A stretch of DNA of 23,272 bases, taken from assembly GCA_031279835.1 (NCBI GenBank), contig JAITHV010000051.1, forward strand, positions 1 through 23,272, written 5' to 3'. Positions 22,584 through 23,272 of the stretch are shown piece after piece. Below the pieces are notes generated by a model, which was not told the origin of the DNA, made no database searches, and was given only the letters and a program-made list of their open reading frames with translations. This stretch comes from Coriobacteriales bacterium. Its GTDB lineage: Bacteria > Actinomycetota > Coriobacteriia > Coriobacteriales > UBA8131. The stretch's first letter is position 1; each line of letters begins with the position of its first letter. The position numbers were made by a program, and so were the translations under genes.

Positions 22584-23272
22584 ATGAAACCGGAATTGAA
22601 TTTCACGACAGTCGAGCAGATGGAGGCAGACGCAACTAAGCTCCACAGCCTCGGGTGTGAGAGCTGTGGTGCAGAAACCTGGGCAGACCGCGAGGTCAAG
22701 CAGCGGCCTCACTGCAAGTTTGGCGAGGACGGAATATGCTGTAGGGTCTGTTCTATGGGTCCCTGTCGTATTACCGCAAAGGCTGATCGAGGCATATGCG
22801 GTGCCGACGCGCACACCATTGCCGGGCGCCATTACCTAAGAATGGCTGCTGCAGGATCTGCGGCACACTCCGATCATGCGCGAGAGATTGCGCATACCTT
22901 GCTTGCCACCAAGCCAGAAGGACCGTATGTCGTTCGTGACGTGGAGAAGCTGAAGAAGCTTGCCGAGGAGTGGGGAGTGGAGTTCGAGGGGCGCGACGTT
23001 TACGATGTGGCGCATGATGTGGCGCTCATCGGTCTTGAGGAGTTCGGTAAGCCATTCGGCACTCTTCGCTACCTCTCGCGCGCCACTGCCGAGCGTCAAA
23101 AGCTTTGGGCTGACGAGGAGCTCGCACCACGTTCAATTGACAGGGAGATATCAACCGCGCTGCACATGACGCACATGGGCAACACTGCTGACGCCGAGGT
23201 TCTTGTGCGTCACAGCATGCGTGTTGGGTTGGCCGATGGTTGGGGCGGCTCGATGATCGGCACCGAATTCAC
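22584..23272 (+). CDS. cooS: Anaerobic Ni,Fe carbon-monoxide dehydrogenase catalytic subunit CooS/AcsA (N-terminal part; truncated by window end)
   Basis: Translated by hand: MKPELNFTTVEQMEADATKLHSLGCESCGAETWADREVKQRPHCKFGEDGICCRVCSMGPCRITAKADRGICGADAHTIAGRHYLRMAAAGSAAHSDHAREIAHTLL... The CxFGxxGxCCRxCxxGPCRI block (the D- and B-cluster cysteines) is diagnostic of CooS. An AAAGGAGAGG RBS ends 2 nt upstream of the ATG. Confidence 0.9.
   Translation, partial: MKPELNFTTVEQMEADATKLHSLGCESCGAETWADREVKQRPHCKFGEDGICCRVCSMGPCRITAKADRGICGADAHTIAGRHYLRMAAAGSAAHSDHAREIAHTLLATKPEGPYVVRDVEKLKKLAEEWGVEFEGRDVYDVAHDVALIGLEEFGKPFGTLRYLSRATAERQKLWADEELAPRSIDREISTALHMTHMGNTADAEVLVRHSMRVGLADGWGGSMIGTEF

Overview
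This is a 23.3 kb window of high-GC bacterial DNA with Shine-Dalgarno sites, GTG/TTG starts and U-less hairpins, consistent with an anaerobic high-GC bacterium. It splits into two parts.

Left part (1-10.8 kb), an accessory or detox-like stretch:
- A flavodoxin-fold quinone reductase and an SPFH/slipin protein, both on the minus strand.
- About 1.4 kb of almost gene-free DNA holding a tRNA 3' fragment, a 74-aa two-TM ORF and two C-rich tandem-repeat arrays.
- A translationally coupled MBL-fold hydrolase and nitroreductase.
- A LytTR regulator and DUF3021 membrane protein pair.
- An ArsM-like SAM methyltransferase.
- A 1060-aa orphan protein with an unknown ~380-aa N-terminal domain, an SF1B (Upf1-like) helicase core and a C-terminal DUF2726 (PD-(D/E)xK-like) nuclease fold. 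This is my top candidate for an undescribed single-gene defence or nucleic-acid-surveillance system.
- A convergent EFR1-type flavodoxin-ferredoxin.

Right part (11-23.3 kb), a C1/corrinoid methyl-transfer island:
- An AcsE/MtrH-type methyl-corrinoid:tetrahydrofolate methyltransferase followed by a strong terminator.
- folE, an AraC-family regulator, an MtaB-family substrate:corrinoid methyltransferase, an MtaC-like B12-binding corrinoid protein, a RACE-type reductive activator ([2Fe-2S] + ASKHA ATPase), an uncharacterised DUF3786 protein and a PucR-family regulator.
- A divergently arranged nickel-insertion and CODH module: cooT plus a histidine-rich CooJ-like protein on the minus strand, then cooC and the 5' part of cooS (truncated by the window edge) on the plus strand.

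Intergenic regions carry several perfect palindromes, direct repeats and long U-less hairpins that look regulatory.
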